Assembly (NCBI GenBank): GCA_965262615.1
Contig: OZ253545.1
Span: 64,001 to 128,000 of the forward strand
Direction: 5' to 3'
Length of the DNA: 64,000 nt
Source: Alphaproteobacteria bacterium
GTDB lineage: Bacteria; Pseudomonadota; Alphaproteobacteria; GM7ARS4; G965262615
In this document: piece by piece, positions 49,100 through 58,965 of the stretch
How positions within the stretch are numbered: the stretch's first letter is position 1
Layout of the letters: the number at the start of each line of letters is the position of its first letter
The notes under the pieces: model-generated
What the model was told of the DNA's origin: nothing
Seen by the model: the letters and a program-made list of their open reading frames with translations, nothing else
The model's database searches: none
Translations under genes and position numbers: made by a program

Positions 49100-50410
49100 A
49101 TGATGCCATCTCTTTCTTTTTGGTGGGTTGTTCCCTTTGTGGGCTTGTTATTGTCCATCGCCATTATTCCCATCGTGTCGGCATCGTTTTGGCATCATCG
49201 GCATGGCTTGGTGTCGTTTGTGTGGGCATTGGTGTTTTTGCTTCCCTATTGTTTTGCCTTTGGGCTCAGTCACGCGGTGCATGACATTGCCCATGTTTTT
49301 TTTCTTGAGTATATGCCCTTTGTTATTTTGCTTGCTGCTTTGTATGTCATCTCGGGCGGCATTCATATTGGCGGACGCTTGCAGCCGTCACCTTCCCTCA
49401 ACACGGGAATTTTGGCGTTTGGCACACTGATTGCCAGTTGGACAGGCACGACAGGGGCGGCGATGCTGCTCATTCGTCCTATTTTGGATATCAATCGCGC
49501 CAGACGCTATCAGGCTCATGTGGTAATTTTTTTCATTTTTCTGGTGGCAAACATTGGCGGTGCGCTCACACCTCTGGGCGACCCTCCTTTGTTTTTAGGA
49601 TTTTTGAACGGGGTGGATTTTTTCTGGACAACCGACACATTATTTCCCCCCATGCTGCTCTTGAGCGTTGCATTGCTCGGAATTTTTTGGCTGGTGGATC
49701 GCTACTATTTCGCTCAAGAGGGCGGGGTGCAAAAAAAGCAAGCAAAAACATCGAAACGTCTGATTGACATCAGCGGTGGATTCAATGGATTGTTGCTCAT
49801 TGGCGTGGTGCTGGCGGTGCTGGCGAGTGGCAGCTTCAATTATGGCACGGTGCATTTTTTGGTGGATATTCCCGTCATGGGCTTGGTGCGTGATGGCATT
49901 TTGCTGCTGCTACTGTTTGCCTCACTGCGTTTGACTTCCGCCGCCATTCGGGAGCGCAATCAGTTTGATTGGTTTCCCATGAAGGAGGTGGCACAATTGT
50001 TTGCGGGAATTTTCGTCACCATCATTCCCGCCATTGCCATTTTGAAAGAGCTGTCGCCGATGATTCACGACATGGAGTTTTCCGTGCCGATGGCGGCGGT
50101 GGTGTTTTGGTCGACGGGTTTGCTGTCCAGCGTTTTGGATAATGCCCCCACCTACTTGGTGTTTTTCAACGCCTTTGGCGGTGATGCTCAGATTTTGATG
50201 AATGAGGATGCCCTGTTGCTGATGGCAATCTCTGCTGGAGCGGTGTTCATGGGCGCGCTCACATACATCGGCAATGCCCCCAATTTCATGGTGCGCTCCA
50301 TTGCCGTGCAGCGCAAAGTGGCAATGCCCAGCTTTTTTGGCTATATGGCGATTGCCTGTGCTGTTTTGTTTCCATTGTTCGCCATTGTCACGGTGATTTG
50401 GTTTCTGTGA
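49100..50410 (+). CDS. Putative Na+/H+ antiporter (IT superfamily)
   Basis: PF.GLLLSIA, GTTGA.MLLIRP, NIGG.LTPLGDPPLFLGFL.GV.F.WT, LDNAPTY, TYIGNAPNFMV. Confidence 0.85.
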   Translation: MMPSLSFWWVVPFVGLLLSIAIIPIVSASFWHHRHGLVSFVWALVFLLPYCFAFGLSHAVHDIAHVFFLEYMPFVILLAALYVISGGIHIGGRLQPSPSLNTGILAFGTLIASWTGTTGAAMLLIRPILDINRARRYQAHVVIFFIFLVANIGGALTPLGDPPLFLGFLNGVDFFWTTDTLFPPMLLLSVALLGIFWLVDRYYFAQEGGVQKKQAKTSKRLIDISGGFNGLLLIGVVLAVLASGSFNYGTVHFLVDIPVMGLVRDGILLLLLFASLRLTSAAIRERNQFDWFPMKEVAQLFAGIFVTIIPAIAILKELSPMIHDMEFSVPMAAVVFWSTGLLSSVLDNAPTYLVFFNAFGGDAQILMNEDALLLMAISAGAVFMGALTYIGNAPNFMVRSIAVQRKVAMPSFFGYMAIACAVLFPLFAIVTVIWFL

Positions 50411-50463
50411 GAAAAAACGCGAGCAATTGTTACTTGGTGCAACACAAAAAAAGATGGCATCTC

Positions 50464-50492
50464 TTGATTTTTTCGCGAATGATACGCATACT
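50464..50492 (+). promoter_or_regulatory. Sigma70-type promoter for accA, leaderless geometry
   Basis: TTGATT-17-CATACT, 6 nt before ATG 50499. Confidence 0.55.
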
Positions 50493-50498
50493 GGAACG

Positions 50499-51458
50499 AT
50501 GCACTATCTTGAGTTTGAAAAACCCCTGTACGACCTGGAAGCCAAACTAAGTGAACTGCAACGGCTCGGACGAAAAGAGGGCGTTGCCATCGGCAAGGAT
50601 GTCACCCGCCTGCAAGGCAAAATCGCCCACTTCCTCAAACAAACATATGCCCAACTAGACCCTTGGCAAAAGGTGCAGGTGGCGCGCCATCCCGACCGCC
50701 CTCACACCGTGGATTACATCAAGCACCTGCTGCACGATTTCACGCCACTAGCGGGAGACAAACGCTTTGGCGATGATGCCGCGCTCATTGGCGGCATGGG
50801 CAGATTCAGAGGACGCTCGGTGTGTCTGTTGGGACACGAAAAAGGCTACGATTCCGCCACCCGTGTGCATCACAATTTCGGCATGCCGCGCCCTGAGGGC
50901 TATCGCAAAGCCATTCGTCTGATGGAAATGGCGGATCGTTTTTCCCTTCCCATCGTCACCCTTGTGGATACCCCTGGGGCGTATCCCGGTGTTGATGCCG
51001 AACAGCGCGGTCAAGCCGAAGCCATTGCCGCCAGCATTGCCCATTGTCTTGAGGTGAATGTTCCCATCGTCAGCATTGTCATCGGTGAGGGCGGCTCGGG
51101 CGGAGCCATTGCCATTGCCACGGCCAATCGTGTCACCATGCTGGAGCATGCGGTGTATTCGGTCATTTCCCCCGAGGGATGCTCGTCTATTTTGTGGCGC
51201 AGCAAGGAGCGCGCTCGTGATGCCGCCCGTGCCATGAAAATGACCGCCCAAGATTTGCTCGCCATGAACCTCATTGATGACATCATTCCCGAACCCATCG
51301 GCGGCGCACACAGAGATAAGAATGAAACCATTCACAAGGTGGGCAACGCCATTGAGCAATCATTGGAGAGCCTGATTGGCTCTGACATCACATCGTTTCG
51401 GCAACATCGCCATGACAAATTCATGGCGATGGGAAACCAATTTCTGCTGACTTCATAA
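50499..51458 (+). CDS. accA: Acetyl-CoA carboxylase carboxyltransferase alpha
   Basis: YLEFEKP, ARHP.RP, NFGMP.PEGYRKA.R, DTPGAYPG, GEGGSGGA, YSVISPEGC. Confidence 0.98.
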   Translation: MHYLEFEKPLYDLEAKLSELQRLGRKEGVAIGKDVTRLQGKIAHFLKQTYAQLDPWQKVQVARHPDRPHTVDYIKHLLHDFTPLAGDKRFGDDAALIGGMGRFRGRSVCLLGHEKGYDSATRVHHNFGMPRPEGYRKAIRLMEMADRFSLPIVTLVDTPGAYPGVDAEQRGQAEAIAASIAHCLEVNVPIVSIVIGEGGSGGAIAIATANRVTMLEHAVYSVISPEGCSSILWRSKERARDAARAMKMTAQDLLAMNLIDDIIPEPIGGAHRDKNETIHKVGNAIEQSLESLIGSDITSFRQHRHDKFMAMGNQFLLTS

Positions 51459-51532
51459 AGTCGCTCATTCATCATCTTTTCAGTTTTTTTTGCTAGGGGT
51501 GCTTTCATCACAACCTTGATGGGAGTTTTTTT

Positions 51533-52192
51533 ATGACTATGAATCGTTTTTTGTGTGGCGCGATCACTGTTTTTGGTCTTTTATTGTCGCCAATTGCCCA
51601 CGCGCACAAATCTGGCAATGTGTATCTGCAGGTGACTGTGGGCGCGTCGGCTTTGAGTGACAAAAGCTTCAATCGCGTGGATGACAACACCACCCCTTAT
51701 GATGCCTCGTTTGATGCAGGGCTCGCCTCATTTGCCGCACTGGGCTACTATGTGACTCGCCACTGGGCGATTGAATTCACAGGGGGCATCATCGGCAATG
51801 ACATCAAATCCGTCACGCCTCGTGACGATGACGCGAAAGTAGAAAACTTTGCCTCTGTGCCATTGATGGTGAATGGCATTTATCATTTTGCCCCCGTGAG
51901 CAAGCAATTGTTGCTGCGTCCCTATGGCGGATTCGGTGTCGGCGTGATTCAGGAACTAGACATTGACATTGATGACACGGTGGAACTGCAACGCAAAAAC
52001 AGATTCGCCTATCAATTCATCGGCGGCGTTGCCTATTCGGTTCATAGCAACATTGATCTCACCATGGACATTCGCTACATGCGGGTGGAGAAAACCACCC
52101 TGAAACAACAGGGCGGCAACCAGCGCATCACCGAAATTGATTACGACCCAGTAACAATTAATTTCGGCATCAGCTACCACTTTGAGTTGTAA
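51533..52192 (+). CDS. Outer-membrane beta-barrel protein (OmpW/Omp-b-brl-like)
   Basis: Signal peptide ending AHA, RPYGG.G.G, FAYQ..GGV.Y, C-terminal FGISYHF beta-signal. Confidence 0.85.
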   Translation: MTMNRFLCGAITVFGLLLSPIAHAHKSGNVYLQVTVGASALSDKSFNRVDDNTTPYDASFDAGLASFAALGYYVTRHWAIEFTGGIIGNDIKSVTPRDDDAKVENFASVPLMVNGIYHFAPVSKQLLLRPYGGFGVGVIQELDIDIDDTVELQRKNRFAYQFIGGVAYSVHSNIDLTMDIRYMRVEKTTLKQQGGNQRITEIDYDPVTINFGISYHFEL

Positions 52193-52207
52193 GAGGTGCT
52201 ACTTTTT

Positions 52208-53114
52208 TTAAATCTCATGATCCCAAGCAGATGAGTTTTTAAGAATCAATTCTGACCCATCTAGCGCAATCACATTTTCCACAAAATCCAAGAAATCACG
52301 ATTTTCGAGAAGAGCAAGACGATTAATGCTCGCCAAGTCTAAATTAGACCTTTCTCTTGCTGGAATGACAACACCATTGCTATCAGAATTTGCATTTGGA
52401 TTGTATTGAATGACTCCAATGCCATGCAAGGATGACAAGGGGTTCAAATCGCTCAAAACTTCTTGTTCAAAAATCCCCACAAGGTAGCCGTAATGTGCCC
52501 AACTGGAATTAGCAACTGCCTGAAAAAACGCATCGCGCGCATCACCCCGTTCAACCTTTGTCTTAACCTCAAATGACCACAAGCGACATCTGTTGCGCGC
52601 CAAACTGCCCTCCCATTTTCTTAATTTTTTCATGCCAACCACTACTCAAGCATTCCACACCGATAATATCAGGGTGTAACCATTTGTTGACACCAGTGTC
52701 CCTCTTTTTTGATTTTTTGTCATCTATCCTTTTACAGTAGATGTCCATCTCATCTTGAAGAAATTGCATAAAGGGAACATATGTTTCCTCCTCACTTGGC
52801 TCACCTGTGGAAGAAGGGGGGACTGCATCGCCCCCTTCATCAATTTCTTCAGTGTAATAATACTTTCTTGGGCGTGATGCCTCAATTTTGATTTTGCCCT
52901 TACCTAATTTGACAATTTTCTTATGGTAGCGATAAATTCTTTTTTCGATTAACCTCTCCTTTGTTAAATCTTCATTACTTCTTTCTAAAATTTCTTCAGC
53001 TGTATCAGAAAATTTTTCAATATATTTCCGCGCCAAATCCAAAGGAGTAAATCTCACATCAGGATTTTCCTTTAAAATTTCTGCAACTCTATCCGCCAAC
53101 GATTTTCTCATCAC
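52208..53114 (-). pseudogene. HrgA/COG2958-like PD-(D/E)xK protein, frameshifted near 52590
   Basis: NKWLHPDIIG in the upstream frame; LWSFEVK...FFQAVANSSWAH.GYLV...L..LHGIGVI in the downstream frame; low GC. Confidence 0.75.
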
Positions 53115-53144
53115 CGTTTCTCCTCCATCTCTTCACAATGTACA

Positions 53145-53828
53145 TCAATCAGGCTCATTATCCCACTTCTTTGGAGTCGCCCACATCCCTACTAAAACAA
53201 GAAAATAAAACATTGCTTTAACTAACAAAACAATCTCTTTCACAAAAGGAAGCTTGGTAAGATTATCTTGAAACCTTTGCTTCACTTGCTCTTTCGTGGG
53301 AGATGTTTTCTGCTCTGCATCTCCAATCTCCCCTTCATTGACTATGTCAGTGTAAGGGATTTCTCTTGGTGGGTGAGCCAATGTAGACAAGCGAAAATTG
53401 TCTTTAAAATAAGGTTCAGAAAACAAACCTTTCATAGCTTGCCTACGAGCCAAATCTTGCTCCTGCAAAGCTTCCGTCAGCTTCACAATTTCTGGAGAAT
53501 GGAATGCCATAGCGTCACGAAGTTTTGCAAGTCTAGCCTCTTCTGCTTTGTGCTTCTCCGCAATTTCTAGGATAGAGGAGGGTGTCATAGCATTATGAAG
53601 TTTTGCAAGTCTAGCCGCTTGTGCTGCTTCCTTCCCCATAATTTCTAGGGAAAAAGGAAGTGTCACAGCGTCATGAAGTTTTGCAAGTCTAGCCGCTTGT
53701 GCTGCTTCCTTCCCCATAATTTCTAGGGAAAAAGGAAGTGTCATAGCGTCATGAAGTTTTGCAAATTCAGCCTCTTGTGCCGTGCATCCAAGCGGATTTT
53801 TCGGTTCTATTTTCGACAATTCCATCAT
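53145..53828 (-). CDS. Hypothetical protein with 26-aa tandem repeats and C-terminal hydrophobic segment
   Basis: ARLAKLHDAVTLPFSLEIMGKEAAQA repeats; TTGTAA-17-TATTCT promoter at 53866-53838. Confidence 0.65.
   Translation of the reverse strand: MMELSKIEPKNPLGCTAQEAEFAKLHDAMTLPFSLEIMGKEAAQAARLAKLHDAVTLPFSLEIMGKEAAQAARLAKLHNAMTPSSILEIAEKHKAEEARLAKLRDAMAFHSPEIVKLTEALQEQDLARRQAMKGLFSEPYFKDNFRLSTLAHPPREIPYTDIVNEGEIGDAEQKTSPTKEQVKQRFQDNLTKLPFVKEIVLLVKAMFYFLVLVGMWATPKKWDNEPD
53510..53775 (-). repeat. 78-bp in-frame tandem repeat (~3.4 units)
   Basis: AYGAAGTTTTGCAA recurs on + at 53517, 53595, 53673, 53751. Confidence 0.93.
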
Positions 53829-53872
53829 GTTCCAGCCAGAATAAAACAACCGCCAACTTATTACAAGGCTTT

Positions 53873-53915
53873 TATGATTATCGCCGTTTCTTCTTCATTT
53901 TTTGCGCGGCATGGC
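53873..53915 (-). repeat. Degenerate second copy of the secA 3' end (direct repeat of 54747-54787)
   Basis: tatgattatcgccgtttcttcttcattttttgcgcggcatggc vs tatgactatcgccgtttcttcatttttttgcgcggcatggc. Confidence 0.88.
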
Positions 53916-53919
53916 GGCG

Positions 53920-54228
53920 TTACCGGTCGATGGCTGAGCCCACAATCGCACCAATAATCGTGGTGATGACATAGCCCGGCAAGGTCAGAAGAATTAAAAG
54001 CTCTGTGGATGGCACAATGCCCCACCAAATATAGGCAACGCAAAAAGACGCAAGAACAGCCAAATAAAACCCTCCCGTCCAACGAAGGGCTCTTGTGAGC
54101 TCCCAAAAACGCAGCTCCCCCAGCCGCAAATCAGACTTTTCCTCATCTTCAATACTCTCATCAGGAGGCGGCTTTTGCAGTCGGCTCGTGGATGAAGAGG
54201 TTTGCTTATTTTTTTGGTTAGCCTTCAT
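53920..54228 (-). CDS. Small two-TM membrane protein, candidate Panacea-partner toxin
   Basis: 102 aa, polar N-terminus then two hydrophobic helices; ATG overlaps the end of the Panacea gene. Confidence 0.6.
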   Translation of the reverse strand: MKANQKNKQTSSSTSRLQKPPPDESIEDEEKSDLRLGELRFWELTRALRWTGGFYLAVLASFCVAYIWWGIVPSTELLILLTLPGYVITTIIGAIVGSAIDR

Positions 54229-54682
54229 GACAAAATTCTTTTCTAATCTCATCATGGTCAATAACAGTGCCAGCCCCTTTCTTAAAGGCTTGAAACCATG
54301 CCCCCTCATGCTCATGAGTTAATGCCACCAGCTGATAAGCATCATACTTGCTGTATGTGGCAATCGTTTTTCTGATGGAATCATCATTCCGCAAAACAGG
54401 ATACGCCCGCCCACTCTTCATTTTATGCTCAATGACACTGGAACGGCGCGAGCCCACATCCTTGTAATGATGATACACATCAGGAATAACGGGACCATGC
54501 TTCCAAGCCTCAAATTCCAGATAGGGCAAAAAAACACCGCCATCGCGCAAATAAACCACATAATTGAGATACAGCATTTTTTGCAACTCCAAATGAGTCA
54601 GCTGCCGCCCGCGCTCGCCCGCCTCAACAAGCAACGCATTCACCCGTGCCACCAAATGCCGCCTGCGATACTCATCTGCCAT
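54218..54682 (-). CDS. Panacea-domain (DUF4065/GepA/SocA-like) antitoxin
   Basis: LTHLELQKMLY, FEAWKHGPV.P.VY, L..LTH....W; own extended -10 TGATATAAT (54734-54726) and GGAGA SD. Confidence 0.9.
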   Translation of the reverse strand: MADEYRRRHLVARVNALLVEAGERGRQLTHLELQKMLYLNYVVYLRDGGVFLPYLEFEAWKHGPVIPDVYHHYKDVGSRRSSVIEHKMKSGRAYPVLRNDDSIRKTIATYSKYDAYQLVALTHEHEGAWFQAFKKGAGTVIDHDEIRKEFCHEG

Positions 54683-54751
54683 GATGTCTCTCCCTTTGCA
54701 TCATCTATTGCCTAGATATAGTGGCATTATATCACATTTCATCATGTATGA

Positions 54752-57358
54752 CTATCGCCGTTTCTTCATTTTTTTGCGCGGCATGGCAAGACGGCGTTTG
54801 GTGTCTTTCTTGCGAGGTGCGGATGTTTGTGTGCCGTGTGAAACCCGCCGCGCCGCCATTGGTGACGCTGGCATGGAAGCATCCCGCCCCTCAATCGCCA
54901 AATGACACAACGCCGCCGTCACATGATTTTTCAAACTCTCCAACATACCGCCAAACAACGAAAACGCCTCGCCGCGATACTCATTGAGAGGGTCACGCTG
55001 GGCATACGCCCGCAACGATATGCCCTGACGCACATGATCCAATGTCTGCAAATGCTCCTTCCACACGCGATCTAAAAAATACAGCAACAACCGCTTTTGC
55101 GCGAGGCGAATGGCATCCTCGCCGTAGAGCTGTTTTTTACGCAGCATCACATCATCGCCAATGGCAAGCAATCGCTCACACACAATGGCATCATCCATCG
55201 GCACTTCCTTAATCCAATCCGCAAGGGGCACCGATGCCGCGAGCAAACGCAAACAGGTGGCATGCAATGCCGTGATGTCCCACTGCTCTGGCAAGGACTC
55301 GGGCGGTGCGGTCGCCGCCACCGCATCGCGAATGGCATCCTCCCGCATACCCTCGGTGATGTCGGCGACATCATCGCTGTCCAAAATATCCCGCCTTTGT
55401 TCATAAATGACGCTGCGCTGTTCGTTCATCACATCATCAAAGCGCAAAAGATTTTTGCGTATGTCAAAATTATGAGCCTCCACCCGAGCTTGCGCCTTGG
55501 CAATCGCCTTATTGACCCACGGATGAGTGATGGCATGCTCATCGGGAACGCCAAACCGCTCCATCATGGAATCAATGCGCTCGGCGCCAAAAATACGCAT
55601 CAAATCATCCTCCAAAGACAAAAAGAACATGGAACTGCCGGCATCCCCCTGCCGCCCCGAGCGTCCCCGTAGCTGATTGTCAATGCGGCGGGATTCATGA
55701 CGCTCCGTTCCCACCACACACAAGCCGCCCGCATTTTGAGCCTTCTGCTTGAGCCGCTCCACTTCCTTTTCAATCTCGGCTTGGCGAGCGGCGCGCTTTT
55801 TCTCGTCATTGATAGCACCACACTCTTGCTGCACCCGCATATCCACATTGCCGCCCAATTGAATGTCCGTGCCGCGCCCCGCCATGTTGGTGGCAATGGT
55901 GACCGCACTGGGCATACCCGCACCGGCAATAATCTGTGCCTCCTTTTCGTGATAGCGAGCATTGAGAACATCATGAGCAATCCCCTCCTTTTTCAACAAG
56001 GACGACAACTCCTCAGACTTTTCAATGCTCACCGTTCCCACCAACACCGGCTGATGTCGCTCATGACACTCCTTAATCAATGACACAATGGCTTTCAATT
56101 TGTCGGTGCGTCGGCGGTAGATCTCATCATCATGATCCACCCGCACCATTTCTCTATGAGTGGGAATGGCAACCACCCGCACCCCATAGATGGAAGCAAA
56201 CTCCTCTTGTTCCGTCATGGCTGTGCCGGTCATGCCTCCCAGCTTGGCGTAGAGACGAAAATAATTCTGAAAGGAAATGGATGCCAGCGTCTGATTTTCC
56301 TGCTGCAAAGGCACCTGCTCTTTTGCCTCCAACGCCTGATGCAATCCGCCCGAAAAGCGTCTGCCCTCCATCATGCGCCCCGTGAATTCATCCACCAGCA
56401 TCACCTGATTTTGATGCACCATGTAATCCACATCCCTTTGAAACAAAAAATGCGCCCGCAGCGATTGATTCACATGATGCACCAAATTGACATGCGCCAT
56501 GTCATAGAGCGAGCCCTCCTGCATCAGTTTCTCACGGCGCAACGCCGCCTCCACCTTCTCCACACCCCCCTCGGTCAGAGACACCGAACGGCTTTTTTCA
56601 TCCTTCTCACAATCCTCCGCCGTCAAGGTGGAGACGAGTCCATTGATTCGCACATAGAGCTCCGATGATTCATCCGCCGCACCCGAAATCACAAGGGGCG
56701 TGCGAGATTCATCAATGAGGATGGAATCCACCTCATCCACAATGGCGTAATGCAAAGGACGCTGCACCACATCATTCTTCTCAATCACCATGTGATCGCG
56801 CAAATAGTCAAAACCGAACTCGTTGTTTGTGCCGTATGTGACATGAGCCTCATACGCCGCTCGTCTCTCTTGTGATGGCACACTGGGAATGACGCATCCC
56901 ACCGTCAGTCCCAAGGCGTTGTAAATCTGTCCCATCCACGCGGCATCTCGCTGGGCGAGATAGTCATTGACGGTCACCACATGAACGCCCTTATTGGTCA
57001 AGGCATTCAAATAAACCGCAAGGGTGGATGCCAATGTTTTGCCCTCTCCGGTTTTCATCTCGGCAATCATGCCGCGATGCAAGGCAATGCCGCCCATCAA
57101 TTGCACATCAAAATGACGCTGCCCCAAAACACGCCGTGCCATCTCGCGCACCGCCGCAAAGGCAGGCACGAGCAATTCGTCCAGCGCGCGTCCATTGTGC
57201 AGTTCTTCTTGCCATGCTCGCGTTTGCTGCACAAATTCGTCATCGCCCCGCTGACCCCACGCCCCTTCGGCATCATTGATCGCCGCCACCAATGGCTGAA
57301 AGGTCTTCACCAAACGCTCATTGGATGAGCCAAAAATCTTCTCCAACAATGATAGCAA
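54752..57358 (-). CDS. secA: Preprotein translocase ATPase SecA
   Basis: EMKTGEGKTL, VTVNDYLA.RD, DEVDSILIDE.RTPL, IATNMAGRGTDI, RRIDNQLRGRSGRQGD; probable TTG start. Confidence 0.99.
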   Translation of the reverse strand: MLSLLEKIFGSSNERLVKTFQPLVAAINDAEGAWGQRGDDEFVQQTRAWQEELHNGRALDELLVPAFAAVREMARRVLGQRHFDVQLMGGIALHRGMIAEMKTGEGKTLASTLAVYLNALTNKGVHVVTVNDYLAQRDAAWMGQIYNALGLTVGCVIPSVPSQERRAAYEAHVTYGTNNEFGFDYLRDHMVIEKNDVVQRPLHYAIVDEVDSILIDESRTPLVISGAADESSELYVRINGLVSTLTAEDCEKDEKSRSVSLTEGGVEKVEAALRREKLMQEGSLYDMAHVNLVHHVNQSLRAHFLFQRDVDYMVHQNQVMLVDEFTGRMMEGRRFSGGLHQALEAKEQVPLQQENQTLASISFQNYFRLYAKLGGMTGTAMTEQEEFASIYGVRVVAIPTHREMVRVDHDDEIYRRRTDKLKAIVSLIKECHERHQPVLVGTVSIEKSEELSSLLKKEGIAHDVLNARYHEKEAQIIAGAGMPSAVTIATNMAGRGTDIQLGGNVDMRVQQECGAINDEKKRAARQAEIEKEVERLKQKAQNAGGLCVVGTERHESRRIDNQLRGRSGRQGDAGSSMFFLSLEDDLMRIFGAERIDSMMERFGVPDEHAITHPWVNKAIAKAQARVEAHNFDIRKNLLRFDDVMNEQRSVIYEQRRDILDSDDVADITEGMREDAIRDAVAATAPPESLPEQWDITALHATCLRLLAASVPLADWIKEVPMDDAIVCERLLAIGDDVMLRKKQLYGEDAIRLAQKRLLLYFLDRVWKEHLQTLDHVRQGISLRAYAQRDPLNEYRGEAFSLFGGMLESLKNHVTAALCHLAIEGRDASMPASPMAARRVSHGTQTSAPRKKDTKRRLAMPRKKMKKRR

Positions 57359-57414
57359 GACTCATCTCCCTTCATGCTTGTCTTGTGCTATAAGACACCA
57401 TACCATCTCATAGC

Positions 57415-58957
57415 ATGAAAAACAGCGTTATCATCATTGACTTTGGCTCGCAAGTCACTCAGCTGATTGCGCGGCGTGTGCGCGAGGCGGGTGTCTATGG
57501 CATCATTGTGCCGCCGCCTTGTTCCATGGAGGACATCACCCGCCATCACCCCAAAGCCATCATTCTGTCGGGAGGCCCCGCATCAGTCGCCAACAATGAT
57601 GTATCTCTGCCATCTCAGCTGTTTGAGTCTGACATTCCCATTTTGGGCATTTGTTATGGCATGCAGCTGATGGTGACCATGCTGGGCGGCACGGTCACGC
57701 CCGCCCGCCACCGAGAATATGGCGCAGCACCATTGACCGTCACCGACAGCTGCCTGCTCACCCAAGATATCTGGCACAAACATGACACCCCCACCGTCTG
57801 GATGAGTCATGGGGATTCCGTCACCACACTGCCGCACGGGTTTCGTGATATTGCCCACAGTGGCAACCATCATCATAGTCGCCATCGCCAATGACGAGAA
57901 AAAACGCTACGGCTTGCAGTTTCATCCAGAGGTCACCCACACGGAGCATGGCACACAATTGCTGCATCGCTTTATTTTTGCCATTGCTCAATGCGAGAAA
58001 AATTGGTCAATGAATGACTATCAAGACCAAGCAATTTGTGATATTCGCGATTTTGTGGGCAATCAAAAAGTTCTGGTGGCGTTATCGGGCGGGGTGGATT
58101 CCGCCGTCATGAGTCTTCTCATTCACAAGGCAATCGGCAAACAGATGATTCCCATCGCCATTGACACCGGATTGTTGCGTCATGACGATGTGACCCACAT
58201 TGAGAACTTTGCAACGCGTCATTTGGGTGTTCCCGTCACCATTCATGATGCCAGTTCTCAATTCATCCGAGCTTTACGCGGCGCGACCGATGGCGAGCAA
58301 AAAAGAAAAATCATTGGCACATGCTTCATTGATGCCTTTGAGCGTGTCACCCGCAAGGCGATGCCGCCCTTTTTGGCTCAAGGGACGCTTTATCCCGATG
58401 TGATTGAATCTCATTCGGTGCACGGTGCGCCCTCGGCAACCATCAAATCCCATCACAATGTGGGCGGGTTGCCTGACCATATGAAGTTTCAATTGATTGA
58501 ACCGTTGCGCGCCCTCTTCAAAGACGAGGTGCGCGCCCTTGGGGCAACATTGGGCATGGAGAAGCGTTTTTTGGAGCGGCATCCGTTTCCCGGCCCTGGT
58601 CTTGCCATTCGCATTGCGGGCGAGGTCACGCCTGATCGCCTCGCCGTGGTGCGTCACGCCGACCGCATTTATCGTGACCAATTGGACAAGGCTGAGCTCA
58701 CCGACAAAATCTGGCAAGCACTGGCAATCTTGTTGCCCGTCACCAGTGTGGGTGTCATGGGCGATGGACGCACCGAAGGCATGACCATCGTTCTCAGAGC
58801 CGTCACATCCCAAGACGGCATGACCGCCGACAGCTTCCCATTTTCCCATGAATTCCTCACCCAATGTGCCACCGCAATCATCAACAATGTTGCCAATGTG
58901 ACGCGCGTTCTCTATGATGTCACCTCCAAACCCCCCGCGACAATTGAATGGGAATAG
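57415..58957 (+). pseudogene. guaA: GMP synthase, frameshifted near 57870 (true lesion or assembly error)
   Basis: Frame 1: DFGSQ.TQLIARR, GICYGMQ, VWMSHGD. Frame 2: [45 protein letters not shown]. Confidence 0.9.
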
Positions 58958-58965
58958 TGAAAATC

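Noticed and set aside
48358-49115. hisE and the antiporter both start TCATGATGCCATC (MMPSL)
   Set aside because: 13-bp match in a CAT/ATG-rich genome with no further similarity; probably chance
52208-54750. Island as a prophage or IS element
   Set aside because: No integrase, transposase, structural genes or terminal inverted repeats visible
57415-58957. guaA as a natural two-subunit GMP synthase
   Set aside because: The break falls inside the glutaminase domain, not at the domain boundary
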